DNA of 56,752 bases, filler included, from Jimgerdemannia flammicorona (lineage: Eukaryota): the NCBI GenBank assembly GCA_003990765.1. It is 2 parts of 2 records of this genome, joined end to end, with 100 filler letters (N's around TTAATTAATTAA, not from the genome) between each part and the next. Parts side by side here need not be neighbours in the genome. Positions count along the whole stretch, not along the records: positions 1 to 28,326 come from RBNJ01000566.1; 1 more part is not named here. One strand, given 5' to 3'. Position 1 is the stretch's first letter. Every line of letters starts with the position of its first letter. Positions 1 to 12,921 of this stretch are shown piece by piece. The position numbers were made by a program, and so were the translations under genes. Below the pieces are notes generated by a model that had not been told where the DNA came from, made no database searches, and saw nothing but the letters and a program-made list of their open reading frames with translations.

Positions 1-578
1 TTTTTTTTTTTTTTTTTTTTTTTTTTTTAGCCATAGTGATAACTACGATACGCATATCACCATAGTAATCTCCTAAAAACGAAGCCAAGCTCTAAACAAC
101 GCGGAAGGTGTTGGCATTGATCTAGAGAGCATCGTCGTCACGGACAAAAATTAATTATCTGGCAATCGGAACCTTGGCTCACTTACCACTTCCAATTCAT
201 GCATGATGCACTCTGGCTTCCGAAACTCTGCTTTGTTCCGACACCTTATAAGTGAATTTTTGGTCGAAGCAGCCAAAAAAAGGCGACTTCCGAAACACCT
301 GGTCCGACCGCCGCCATCTAAATTTGCAATTCGGGACTTTGTCGAACCGAAAATCATTAAATATTGAAACAAAACAAATGTTTGGAAATTTCCATTTGAT
401 TCAAAAATCACAATTACTATCGGAATCCGCGCTCTTACCAAAATTATCTATGGATTTCTCGTGGAAAATCTCTTCTATCCATGCAATCCAGAAAGAGAAT
501 AGGTTTTCAATAAAGATTTATAAAGCCCCTGAATTTCGTTTTATTTCCAAAGGTTTCGCATCCTTTCAGCAAGTCAAA

Positions 579-1076
579 ATGGGCAATAAATCATCTCGTG
601 GTCGTCCATCCCGCGCACCGGTAGTTGACAAATCCCACGTTGATTTTTTGATGGGCGTATACGGTGTGTTTATAGTGCGCTTTATACAGATTATCTATGA
701 CAAACTCCTTAAGAGGAAACAAAAACGCTGCGGCATCTTTGTCATTGAACTGAGATTCCAGAAATCAACACCCGAGAAACTGATGGCGGTTATAGCGGAG
801 ATTCCCGCAGACAGCAAGAATCGAAAGGATTTGTTGAAAGAACTAAAACCTGAGGAGCGTAGCGAATGCCTTCTCCCGGACTGGGGAGTTTTTTGGGACT
901 TCCTCGAGGAGCGTTCTACCCAGGTCGAGGAAGAGTTTATAAGATTCACGCTGGAGCTTGGGGAAATGGCGAATAGGGGGCGGCTCAGTGTGGAGCTCGA
1001 AATGCATCATACGGCGGACGGGCCTTCGATGGGCACCGAAACGCGTATTATCCGTTTTCAGTTCCAATTTCTCTAG
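579..1076 (+). CDS. Small single-exon hypothetical protein (165 aa) with N-myristoylation-like start MGNKSS
   Basis: ATG at 579 in AAAATGG context inside ORF 252-1076, with TATAAA at 519-524 and a CpG-retaining, gene-like composition. No family recognised. Confidence 0.5.
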   Translation: MGNKSSRGRPSRAPVVDKSHVDFLMGVYGVFIVRFIQIIYDKLLKRKQKRCGIFVIELRFQKSTPEKLMAVIAEIPADSKNRKDLLKELKPEERSECLLPDWGVFWDFLEERSTQVEEEFIRFTLELGEMANRGRLSVELEMHHTADGPSMGTETRIIRFQFQFL

Positions 1077-1824
1077 TTCGAATAGACATTCCTTCCTTTT
1101 AATATGCTTGCATGACCAAAACCCTGCTGAGTACGTTTGTATTGTAATCTTTGCTGTTATATATGCATTCGGATTCGTTTTCCATTCTGTAAAACAAACC
1201 AATCAGATGCTGGTTTCATCTACATTTTTCGGTCAGGAATGTATCCGCATAAAACCTAGGAAGCTCATACATATCAGTTCACAATGTAAAAAATTAGCAT
1301 CATGAAGAGACCCGGAGAGACATAAAATTTATATCAAACCTGCAAAATCGTATCAAAAATAAAAATTTACATCGGATACTATATTTCTACTGGATATAAA
1401 AATCTGTCGCCACTCAACTCCAGAAGAATTCGAACTCTGACAGGAAGCTCAATCGGCGCCAAAGTGACGTTAATACTCTCTATTCCAAGTATTTTTTCTA
1501 CTACTTGGCAGGTTACTCATGGTCGCGCGATGAATAAAGTTGAGACATGTGAAAATCGTTGGACGAGCTGCTGCTATTCGTGACGAGGAAAGTTGAGCCT
1601 GGCAAGTTGGATTTGATATCGCCGCTTGGTTTAAATAATAAAATATACGGTGATACCAAGCGGCCAATTCCGTGTGCTATTGCAAATGTGGGTATACGCT
1701 AATTGCATAGGTAAGCGTAACGACAAACAAATATCATTTCATTTATGCTCGCCTAGAAGCCTAGCCACAGTAAATCTGTCGTATATACTGTGAAATGGAC
1801 CGGTGGGCGCAATAACCTCCTATT

Positions 1825-1947
1825 AATAGCTACCCCTGAACCTTAGTTGTTTCAATAGCTGCCCCTGAAGTTTAATAGCTGCCCCTGAACCTTAGTCGCT
1901 TCTTAAACTTAGTCGTTTTAATAGCTGCCCCTGAACCTTAGTCGCTT
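1825..1947. repeat. Short imperfect tandem repeat (AATAGCTGCCCCTGAACCTTAGTCG, ~4 copies)
   Basis: Read directly from the sequence. Confidence 0.8.
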
Positions 1948-4201
1948 AATTCCTGTAAGCCCCTTATGTTGCAAGGAGCGCCTTATTCCGGGGCACTCCG
2001 GAAATGGTAGGGTGTTTGTAAACAAATTAACACGGGATATTATTCAAAGTTGGGCGTCGGATTAGGATGGTCCTGGAGGCTGATGGCGTAAATTGAATGA
2101 AGCCGGACCATCGGTCGACCTAGTAACTCTCGGACCGCATACCGAATACTGTTAACAAACTTCTCTACTCAATTACTTCACGCTGTCATTTCCGCAACCA
2201 CCTAAGCTCGTCTCAGCAATAACCGGCGATACCACCCTTAGATCGCCTGATCAAACGGTAAGCACCAACACCTACATCGACTACGGCGACCAAAAACGTG
2301 GTTCATTATGTGGTTGAGGGAGTACCACACAATGACACTGCATGCATGTACGTGGTTGGCCTTCCAGTGCCAAAATGTAGAGTAAAATAAATAAAATAAA
2401 TTAAAATAAAATCCCGACAGTCCGGGGATATTATTGTCTAGGTTAAGTTGATGAGAAAATTTTCCTTTTTTTGGTGTCAGGATGCACAGTTTTAGTTAAT
2501 TTGCGCCAATGTTTATATCGACTTTCATATGTCTTCGTTCTCGTCTCATATTCTTGAAAAGTTACCGCTATTTAAAAGGCCAGATTTTCAAAGCCGCATG
2601 CGTTTCTTGAGCTGCGTTTGTCTTCTTGTTATGACTCTAAAAGGTTGCACGTCTCTCATAATCAGACTATTTCCGAGATTCCCACCTAGGCTCGCTACCC
2701 TCCGCATGCATTTGCTGACCCTGCTTCACGCGAATTCTATCTTCACAGGTCTGAGATCGCTTTCTTCTCGCGTTCATTCGTATTCAACGTACAAATCTAC
2801 ATGCCCCTTTAAAGAACCTTCTATTTTTATTTGTAAGTCTATTAATCGTCTTCACTTTTTGCGTCACTCGTCATCTCCACTCGACGTCTTATACTCAATT
2901 ATTCTAGATCAGCCACTATAGGTGAGGCCAGGTTCAGAGGCGATCCCTTCCTGGAGAGTCTCTACGCCCATCCATTGTCTTCAAATTGTATAAATTGTAT
3001 AAATTGTATGCAATTTATCTGGGCTGCAAATAGTTCTTCCCGCCTTGCTTTCCGCGCCTTTATAACCATTGCATTAGGGTCTGCCAGGATGAGCACTCTC
3101 CGAATGAATGCTACGGTATATTAATATTATACAAGGCCCCAAAGCGGTGGTGTATTGTACCTTACCAGAAAGGTGCATTGCACCTCAAAATTAATATATA
3201 CAAAACACGTTCGCATAGAAAGGTACATTGTTTGAGAACACACCAATACTTACACAATGATAAGCATACTTTTTAAGGACATCCCGAAAGACCAGGTGAA
3301 TTTTTCACTGCTATATCCTTGCGAAGCATGTTGAAAGACATTCTTTAAAAGTTGAAGACATCCTCTCATTGTCGATATTGTCAACATAACACCTAGGTCA
3401 TCTGACTGCAAAAAAAAACATCAAAATTTGTTCTTGACAAAATTTCTGTTCTGCCTTGTGTCTGCTTTAGGATTTTACTGGATCTTAACATCAATAATGA
3501 TTTTGTTGTATCCTCTGAGAGTATGTTATAGATAATAATACAATTATGATAAAAAATGTGGAACTTGTAAATAAAGGATATTATATCTAAGAGTAGATAT
3601 ATATATATATATTAATATTATTAAGCTATTGGAACTGTTGCTACTTCTGCTATATATTTAAATAATTTTGATACAAAGAATTTTCAGATGAGATATAATA
3701 GTTAAGTAAATCATATTGAATAAAAATGTATGATATCAGATATGACTGTATTTTTTTATATTATTATATACAATTTATTGACTAATATTATCACATTTAC
3801 TACTATTACTCTAAACAATAATCTAATATAATAACCATACTAAGTGTGAGATTGGTATCTCAAAAATATATTTATCTATTCTCAGTTTCTGAAAACATTA
3901 TTAAGCTAAATCTTATTCTAGATTTTACTTATATATATCTAACTATTCAATATTACTATATATATATATATTATTTTTTATAGTAGATTAAGAGATATAA
4001 ATATAAATTAGATAATAAGAGCTATTTTTAATAGATTTCTATTATAAAGATTATCTTAATTATCTAGTTTTAAATTGTATCTATATAGTCTATAAGAACT
4101 ATTTAATATTAAATTTATATCTAAATCTATATTTATTTTTAATAATTATATTGAGCTAATTTTTAAAGCTTGTTTAATTTATTAATATATATAGTTATTT
4201 T

Positions 4202-4669
4202 TATAATGAATTATTACAAGTCTCTGAAATTTTCTATAAAAATTTCTATAGAAATTTCTATAGAAATTTCTACAGAATTTCTAACTAGCAGTCAAAGCTA
4301 TCTAAAGTAATATAACTGTGTATAAATATATCTAGTATACTATATTTAATTATAGCCTTGAATATATATAAATACTCATTATACTGAATATATTGTAACC
4401 TTAGCTCTGCTTTCTCTCAATATAAAAATAAAGTAGTATTCTTATTATAAAAACTCCTTAGATCTGACTTATTAATAATTTTAAGCCTGATTAACTTTAG
4501 ATACAAGTATGGCTATTTTTACTAGTATCAAAACTATAAGTAATACTTAGACTCTATCACATTAAACAACTGGAACTCAGCACTTCCTTAAGAATCTAGA
4601 ACTTAGGGCCAATAGTCACTATTTATTATCTGTAATATATTAATTCTATCAGTATATAGTTTTATTACA
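4202..4669 (+). repeat. 5' LTR of element A
   Basis: Aligns by eye to 26409-26838 and ends ATTACA. Confidence 0.8.
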
Positions 4670-5607
4670 ATTTGATAATAATGGGTAGTTACTCTCTATC
4701 TATGAGCAACCTTCTTTCAAAGAATCTATTACAGATAATTAGAACTGATCAATATTACCAATATTGTTAGTAATAATCAAAACAAACCTTCACTCTGAAT
4801 ACTCCCCAGACTCAAGTTGAAGAAGTCAACAGAATTATCACCAAGTAGATTAAAACTCACACTAGTTAAGATGAGTTTGATAAACTCAATAACAAATCCA
4901 TCCAAGAAGTATTTAATACTTTTCTTACATTCAACAAAAAAGTCTTCAGCAAACTAGTCAGTAACCACTTCTATGAGAAATATATCTGAAACAAACTTCC
5001 AAATTATTACTACTACAAAGCTAAGACTTTTCTAAACTATAAGGGATACTATAGCTATTAAAAGAAATCTTACTTCTATTATCAAATTCTCTATATAGAA
5101 GTAAGAATAATTCAGCAACAAGAACTATAAGCCATATAATCTAGTGAAATCCTTATTATGCTATCCAGAACTAGGAGAATAATTGAACCAGACATTGGTG
5201 GCCCCAGTACTATTACAGAACTATCACCAAGAATATCAAGCCTACCAATGATCACAGTAGACCAAATAGTTACTCTATCAAAACTACCAGTCTACAGGCT
5301 CTCTTACTTTAGTAATATTATAGAAGAATTAAGTTCAAACTATAATCAATATACTATAACAATAGAAGAAGAAGACAAGATGCAAACATCTCACTAAATG
5401 AATAATGGAGACAGTAGAATAATATCAGCAGATAATAAGATAGCAGTATTGACTAATCTAGTAGCTATCCTCTATCAAGCCCTTCATCTCAGCATTGAAA
5501 CAAACAAGTCTACAAAAGGACTTCACCACTATATTTGAAGACAAAGTAGATCAATTAACAATATTCATAGGACAAGTCAATACCAATTACTATATATGTA
5601 TACTTAT

Positions 5608-6072
5608 TATAACAGTTGATCCAAATTAGGAATATAAATCAGGCGAATTAGACATTCAATCATAGTATCTGAACTCAATTTCTAATATAGTATAGTCTTA
5701 TAAATAGTAGTCATTGTTATTTCACAACTGTTAAAGTTTTTATGAATGTTGAACTCTTTGCAGATATTGAAGATTTCACAGATGTTGAAAGATTCAATAT
5801 ATGCAAAAAGTGACTTATAATATAGTCATAACTTAGCTACCTTATAGCTAGCAAACTTGTATAAATAATCCATTATCTTAGAGTAAATAAACCTCAGATC
5901 AAAATAGTTCAAAGCAAAGAAAAAGCAAAGAAACTAGTAAGCCTGTGAGCAGATACACTTTGAACTTACTCACTCCTATATCCTAAGGACTCTGCAGAGT
6001 TAAAGAAGATCAAGTTTTCAAGATACAGAAATCCAACATACTTCAAAGGTTAAGAGCATCCACTATGTTACA
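5608..6072 (+). repeat. 5' LTR of element B
   Basis: ~465-bp direct repeat of 9914-10376; ends TGTTACA. Confidence 0.88.
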
Positions 6073-8247
6073 ACTTGGTACTTATTGACTGATGATTCAA
6101 GACAAATCTCTCACTTTCAAGCTAAACAACAAACAACCACCACCATCTGAACAACTATACAATCAAGACATCTAGACAAGATAGATATAAGACCACCAGT
6201 ATTTCAAGGTTATACTTCAGATGAGTCAATCATCACTTTCATTAATGATTTCAAGCAATATACTGCTCTAAGGGGCCTGACAGCAAGACAGCAAGTAACT
6301 CTAATGCCCTTCAGTCTCTGAGGACTAGTAAGAGCAGTATTCACAGCTGCAACCTATGTAGAAAATGATGATGATGCTATGCTAGCAGCATAGAAGATCT
6401 GGTTCCAAGCCACATACTATATAGATGAGATCAAGTAGATACTAAAGGATTAGCTCAATATAATATATCAAGGAATAAGTGAGGATCCAAACACATTCTA
6501 TATCAGAATCTAATATCAGATAATTCTTACAGATTATACTGCCACCATCAGGGATCAAGTAGCTGAAGCAACCTTCATAAAAGAAATATACTTAGAGATA
6601 GCTCTGGCTATCCGCTCATCACCAATAGTTCTGGATCTGGTACCGAAGATCACTTATACTCAGTAATACTGGATAGCCAGACACCCACAAGACTATACAA
6701 TGGAGAGAGTCACTAGAGTCAGAATTGAAGCACCCAAGGCAATTAGTGTAATCCCTATCACAGTGATCAATTGAAAAACACCTCAACCAAGAGCTATCAA
6801 GCAACAGAGAAATAGTGAACTCTTGGAGGAACTTGCCAAGAGGTTTGCTAAAATGACAGCCCACCTAGGAGATATGGTGAAGGAAATTAAAGAAAGAAAC
6901 TACCACCCAGTTCAGAAATTCACCACCACCTCAGACAAGAAGAGAGATACCTATTACACCTGTAGAGAGGAGGGCCATTACTCATATGAATTTATGAGCA
7001 AAATCAAGCACAAGGTACAGCCAAGCAATGTAACTCAAAATAAGAAACAAGCCAACATCATTACCTTCAAAAAAATTAAAGAATCAGATAAAGAAGAATG
7101 GGAGGCCCATTCTGCACAAACTACTAAGAAGGATATCCACAAAGAACCCTACAAGAGACCACCAGGGAGACCCAAAAAGAACTCTGTGAAAAAGCAGATA
7201 GAGACTACTATAGAAAGTCCAGATGATGAAATAGATCAAGATATAGAGTTAGAATAGGCTGTTCGAGATATCATCTAAGGAATCACTCCAGCTAGTGAAG
7301 GAGAAAAGAAGAAGAAACTTTGCAAAACCAAGACCTTCAAGTATGATATCTTCAAGGATCTCAGTCAATAAAAGGTCAATGCAATCTTCAGCCAGCTGGT
7401 AGAGATACCTACATTCAGATAGCTAATGAGATATGGGCTTACTGAAACAACCAAGAAGTAAGGATGGAAGATAACTGAGGCCAATAACATTCAAGAAGAC
7501 TCAGGAGAAGAAAGCAAAGATAACTATAAAACCTCTGTCTATGCAACTTGTCAAATTGAGGATAGAGTCTTCAAGGCTATCATTGATACAGGAGTAGGAG
7601 AATGTCTCCTCAGCAAGAAAGCAGCAGACCACCTAGGTTGAGAAGTTGAAGAAGCAACCAAATTGGTATCCAATACAGTAGATGGCATAAGAGCCACACC
7701 TCTGAGAAAGATCCAAGAGGTCCTCATCAAGTTCAGAGGAGCAACCATCCCAGCAGATATAATCATGACTAATGCAACCAACTATGACATCTTTATCAGT
7801 AATTAATAGCTTTACAAAGCAAAGGCAATAATTAACCTAAATGTACAGAAGATATTGATCATCTACTACAGACAGAAGATATGAATTCCCATCAATGTCA
7901 ATAAAGGAGTCCTGTCTGAGATGAAGAAAGAAGAGAGCAAACAAAAGAAAGCCTATATGGTAACAACTCAAAAAAAGAAAAAGAATATTAGATGGATGAG
8001 TAAAGAAGACTGGTGTAAGAAGATTATAGAAAGATATGCACTATAAGGAGTCTGCCTCCATGGGATCCAAATATACTTTATAGAGTATATCAATGAGTGT
8101 TATCAGTACACTGGTATAATCAAGGAGATCTACTACCAAAGTAGAGAAAAGGTGCTTGAGAAACAGATAAGAGAAGAAAAGAAAATGAATGAAGAAGAGG
8201 ATGATGAACCACCAGCCCTCCTCAAAGGTAGTAGTAATGAAGAGGAA

Positions 8248-8660
8248 ATCAAGATCAAGATTGAGAAGATCCATTCTGATGCAGTCTTACCAGAATACAA
8301 GTCAGAAAATGCAGCCAGAATGGATATCACCACAGTGGAGGAAACTGTACTTGAACTACAGACAACCACCCTATTTACAACTGATCTGGAGATGACTATT
8401 CCAAAGGACTATGTTAGAATTCTCAAGATAAGAAACAGCCTGGGTAGAAGGAAAATCACAATTGAAGGAAGAGTCATCGATTCAGATTATATTGGAGAAA
8501 TACTACTTATTGCCAGAAACTATAACCCTATGATTCCATTAATAAAGAAGAAGGACTGACTGATATAGATGTTGATCTTCCCAGTCCTTTAGCCAAGAAT
8601 CATGGAAGTCAAGAAGTTGAAGGAAAAGGAAAGAGGAAGGAAAGAATTCAGATCAATAGG
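8248..8660 (+). pseudogene. dUTPase relic in element B
   Basis: KIHSDAVLP, AARMD (motif I), RNSLG (II), VIDSDYIGEI (III), ERGRKEFRS (V); contains internal stops. Confidence 0.85.
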
Positions 8661-9913
8661 AAGAGGAGTATTTGTCAGTATCAAGATCACCAAGCTGGAG
8701 TACAAGAAGGAGGAAACTACAAACAAGCACAGTCAATTGCTTATTTCTTTTACAAAAATATCATCTGTTGGTTCAAGACCCCAACACAAGTAACCACAGA
8801 TAGAGAAACAGTATTTGTGAACCAGTTCTTTAAGGTTCTCTACAAGAAGTACAAGATCTAGCATATTTGGACTACAGTATACTATCTCCAAGAAAATGGA
8901 TAGATGGAAAGGATCAACAAGACTCTCAAAAATATTATTACCAAGATCTGTGATAACTATGAAAACTGGGATCACTATCTGCCAATAGCATTATCTACTC
9001 TCCAGGATATTTGATCACAAAGCACCCATTTTACCCCTTGGAAAATGCTGTTTATAGAAGAAGGTTCTTAAGAAACCCTATCATCCAATGGAGATACTAT
9101 ATGGAAATGTGTAAATGGAGAGATATAGTAACAACACCAAATCAGAAAGAAGGCTGAAGATTACATAAACAGGGCACAGGCACTGTAATGGAATAATGTG
9201 GAAAAGGTTCACAAGCCCCTGGAGATTATTAAGATAGGAGACAAAGTCCTAGTATATTGGAATATAGTAGAAGCTTCATAGTCACAAAAACTAGAGCCTA
9301 AGTGGAAAGGACCTTACCTTGTGCAAGATATAAAAGAAAATACCTTTTGGTTATGAAAACTCTTAGGCACAATTATCCCCACTAGCATTTACTGAAACCA
9401 ACTCAAGAAGTATTATAGCTAACTAACAGAGTACTGCTATAGTCCTCAAAATCATCAGTACTGTACAGTGAGCTATAGAAAGACAATGGTGCACCACTGA
9501 GCTGCCAGTCATAGAAGAATTCTTTAATAGTATACAGAGCATAGTCCAGACACATCTATCACAAATCTCACACTTCAAGGCCTACCAGAACTGAACTAAG
9601 TTTCAAGAATACTTCAAGTTGGGACAACTACTGAACTTGCAGTCAGACATGGAAAAAGAAGACTGGATTAGAGAGTTTTAGCTCTCTTATACTCAGATTA
9701 CAACTGCCAAATGAGTTAACAAGATGTCCAAGGATAATGAGCCAGCTCTAGCCCATCTTTATAGAGTAGTTCCAGGAGACTTTAGATATATCAAGAGACA
9801 ATACTGAGAGTATATAATGATACAGATTAAACAGTATAAGGAGATACAAATTGTAGAAGCTTGGGAATTTGAATAGGATATTTCAGGGATAAATTACCTA
9901 TTCAGGAGGAAAT

Positions 9914-10376
9914 TGTGATAGTTGATCTGAATTAGGAACATAAATAAGGGGAAGTAGACATTTTATTGTAATATCTGAACTCAATTCTCAATATAGTATA
10001 GCCTTATAAATAGCAGTCATTGTTATTTTACAACTGTTAAAGTTTTTGTGAATGTTGAACTCTTTGCAGATATTGAAGATTTTGCAGATGTTGAAAGATT
10101 CAATACTTGTGAAAAGTGACTCATAACATAGCCATAACTTAGCCACCTTATAGCTAACAAACTTATGTAAATAACCCAGTATCTTAGAGTGAATAAACCT
10201 CAGATCAAAATAGTTCAAAGTAAAGAGAAAGCAAAGGAACTAGTAAACCTGTAGGCAGATACACTTCAAACTCACCCACCCCTACATCTCAAGAACTCAG
10301 CGGAGTTAAAGAAGATCAAATTTTCAAGATAGAGAAATCTGACATACTTCCAAGAATAAGCATCTACTATATTACA
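9914..10376 (+). repeat. 3' LTR of element B
   Basis: Starts TGTGA after purine tract AGGAGGAAA and ends ATTACA. Confidence 0.88.
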
Positions 10377-11224
10377 TTATAGATGAAATAACAATCAGAG
10401 CCCAGACAGTATCCTTGACAACAATACATACTATGAGATTGATAATCTCTATCCAACTGCAGCCTCACAAGTAGAAAGGATTGCTACACACTTTATAGAT
10501 ATAGTAGTCTAGTAGTGGTATAATCTATCAGTATACTCTCTTACTTGAGAAACTCATGCCAAAGTTATTATAAGTAATAAAGATGATAATTACCTTAACT
10601 ATAAAGCTTACCCAGCTACTATAGGATTAAAGTTGCTAATTATTCAGTAGTTCCATAGCTCTGCTTATATTGCTGAAGCCAGAACCAAGCTCAAGAATCT
10701 GAAATTGTACAATAATAGAAAAGAAGATCTCAAAGCATTCACTACATAACTAAAAACCCTCCTGAATACCATAGGAGCAGAATATAGCCAATGAGAGCAG
10801 ACCATAAATAGAACCCAAGCTGCTTACTTCTTTGATGCTATCTCTGGATAGTTGTTAGAAAAAATCTGTAAACAATAATTTTCCATATGAGTAATGATGC
10901 TTGGAATAAGCTATCATCTGTGCAAGCATCATCCTTAAAACCCAAAGACTAAGAGATAACAGAATCAACAACAAAGGAGATAAATGAGACCAATTAAAAA
11001 AGAAGTATAAATCTCAGAATAAGTCCTCAAAACTATAAAAAGGATTCAAGATACTGGCTGACAAGAAAATAGAAGAACTTATAAAGAAGAGAGTATATTT
11101 CCACTATAAGAAGAGAGGACATATGTCTTCTGAATACTCTGATAAGAAAACCAATACCAATAAAAGACCATTCTCCTTAAACACTATTACTATAATAGGA
11201 GGTGACCCAAAAGGAATCCCTAAG

Positions 11225-11640
11225 AAAATCAAGATCAAGAGATTATATATTACTATAAAGATTCCAGACAAAGTATATAAATCTGATGCTGGCTATCACC
11301 TCTACTCCAGTATAGAAGTAACCATCAAACCAGATAAGCAAACAACTATCAGCACAGATATCAGAATGGAAGTCTCTAAAGGAACCTATATCTATCTTAT
11401 AGAAAGGAGTAGTCTGGCCAAAGAAGAAAGACTCTATATGGCTGAATGAGTTATAGACCAAGGATTCAAAGGTGAAATTAAGGTTCTACTACATAATACT
11501 GGACAAAAGACTGTCAAAATCATATGTAGAAAACAAATCAATCAAGCTATCATTGAAGTGATATATAATGACCTTGAAGTAGAAGAAACAAATGAACTAT
11601 CACTCTCTAACAGAGGAGAAAAAGCCTTTGGATCAATAGA
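11225..11640 (+). pseudogene. dUTPase relic in element A
   Basis: DAGYHLY (motif I), RSSLA (II), VIDQGFKGEI (III), RGEKAFGS (V); lies between the gag Zn knuckle and the protease. Confidence 0.88.
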
Positions 11641-12871
11641 AAAGCACCCTAACAAGACTAAGGAAAAGACTAAGATATAGAAGATTGTCTATATCAAAGG
11701 TGAGATTATGACCAGAAAGAGTATTAGTATATTATTGATAGATATGTCTCTGCAGGATGATACCTCTATGAAATCAAGATATACTATTTCAAATATACAG
11801 AAGAATGCATTACATGTATTCTCAAATTCAAAAAGTATAAGCCAACTATCTCAGAATAATAAAATAAAGAAGCACATAATTGGAAACCTAGAAACAATCA
11901 CTGTTTGGTAAAAACTCAATACAGAACATATTCACCTATAAGGAAAAATCAAAGGAAACTCTGTTAAAGTCCTTATTGATAGGGGAGCAAGCAAGTGCTA
12001 TCTTGATTAGAAAACTACTGCCAAATTCAACTTCAAGATACAAAGGAACACAGAAGGAAATATTGCTACATTCAGAAATGAAATATTATAGAAACTCTCT
12101 AAGATATGCAAGAATACACTTCTATAATATTGAAACTATACCACAAGACAAACCTTCTATATAGCACATCTCTCTGGGTATAACCTCATCTTTGAAAAAT
12201 CCTGGCTCACTCAGGAGAACCCCCATATTAATTGGTGAACCAATATGATCTCTCCAGAAGATATCAAACTATAACCTAAACATATAAAGAAGAAACTGAA
12301 GCACAGATGTAATGTTATATCTGCCATTCAGATAAAGGAGCTGATTCAAAAGCCAGACCAGTATATCTAAATATATATAGTTAAGAAAACTATAGAAGAA
12401 GATAATGAAGAACTCTCTGAACTTCTGAAGAATAGAGACAATAAAGATGACAACCTCCAAGAACTACTCAAGAAGTATGAAGATATTTTTCAGAACCTCA
12501 AGAACTACTATCAGTTCATACAGTAATATAGCATTAAGACTATTCCTGGATCTGATCTCCCCTACTATAGAATCTATTGACTAGTCCAACCTAAGTTGGA
12601 AATCCACAAGAAATAGCTAGTAGAGTTAATAAGCAAAGGACTCATTTGCCCATCAAAATTGACATATAGTATACTAATTCTCTTTATTTGCAAGAAGGAT
12701 AAAAGTCTCTCTATGTATATTAATTACTGAGTACTCAATAAGATCTTAATCAAGAAATGATATATACTCTTAAGAATTAATAAACTACTTAATCAAATAT
12801 ATAAGGTCATGATCTTCACACTCATACCTCATATCAAGATACTATCAAATCTATATCAAAAGAAGAAGACG

Positions 12872-12921
12872 GAGAGTCTCTAAGCTGACTATAAAAAAAA
12901 AAAAAAGAGAGTCTCCAAGCT
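12872..12921 (+). mobile_element. Minimal poly(A) insertion (GACTAT+A14) with 15-bp TSD, a non-LTR/TPRT-type footprint
   Basis: GAGAGTCTCTAAGCT (12872-12886) and GAGAGTCTCCAAGCT (12907-12921) flank a 20-bp insert. Confidence 0.6.

Larger units (their letters stand above)
5608..10376 (+). mobile_element. Degenerate non-autonomous Ty3/Gypsy-like LTR element B (gag-PR-dUTPase-partial IN; no RT/RH)
   Basis: LTRs at 5608-6072 and 9914-10376; TTAT on both flanks; TGGTA PBS-like motif after the 5' LTR. Relics: Zn knuckle YYTCREEGHYSYEF (~6950), protease AIIDTG (~7580), dUTPase, integrase core TTDR...QENG*MERINKTLK...WDHYLP (8760-9050). Confidence 0.88.

Noticed and set aside
1..60. Poly-T as the tail of a minus-strand LINE
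   Set aside because: No RT or endonuclease motifs recognised nearby, and homopolymers are common in this window.
252..578. N-terminal extension of the 274-aa ORF
   Set aside because: Starts at GTG and spans the TATA box; ATG 579 is the likelier start.
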